Origin: a virus
Taxonomy: Duplodnaviria > Caudoviricetes
Length of the DNA stretch: 25,282 nucleotides
Direction: 5' to 3' (one strand)
IMG/VR virus record: IMGVR_UViG_3300044676_001485
Coordinates: 1 to 25,282 of that record
In this document: positions 25,260 to 25,282 of the stretch, piece by piece
Layout of the letters: the number at the start of each line of letters is the position of its first letter
How positions within the stretch are numbered: position 1 is the first letter of the stretch
Notes under the pieces: generated by a model
Seen by the model: only the letters and a program-made list of their open reading frames with translations
The model's database searches: none
Told to the model about the DNA's origin: nothing
Program-made: the position numbers and the translations under genes

Positions 25260-25282
25260 ACGTCTCCTTATGTATATACTAC

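Noticed and set aside
25270-25282. Possible -10 (G-TAGTAT) upstream of the Cys-rich ORF
   Set aside because: Truncated by the window edge, so the upstream TG cannot be confirmed.

Overview
A 25.3 kb fragment of a long-tailed dsDNA phage (siphovirus-type Caudoviricetes), with every supported gene on the minus strand and very little intergenic DNA. In transcription order (right to left) it encodes: a tiny unannotated Cys-rich peptide, the neck/head-tail joining genes, major tail protein, a frameshifted tail-assembly-chaperone pair, a 2099-aa tape measure, two paralogous distal-tail-like proteins (one with an exact 20-aa repeat array), a 1299-aa hub protein with PA14 and LamG-like domains, and a fibre. 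After these come two small holin-like membrane proteins, an HNH endonuclease and a metallophosphoesterase. The early/replication block follows: Zn-ribbon, MerR-like HTH, WhiB-like, DnaB helicase, DnaG primase and SSB. WhiB, the holin type and apparent leaderless promoters point to an actinobacterial host. The DNA is AT-leaning (roughly 40% GC by eye), which suggests a low-GC aquatic actinobacterium (inference). Most notable: a 25-aa metallothionein-like ORF missed by the ORF track (25182-25259), the duplicated Dit-like genes with an indel-free 60-nt periodic array, a TATAAT promoter sitting in the loop of a terminator-like hairpin, and a non-canonical -1 frameshift site. No tRNA, rRNA, CRISPR array, integrase or endolysin was seen. 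Product calls come from motif recognition and gene order, not database searches.
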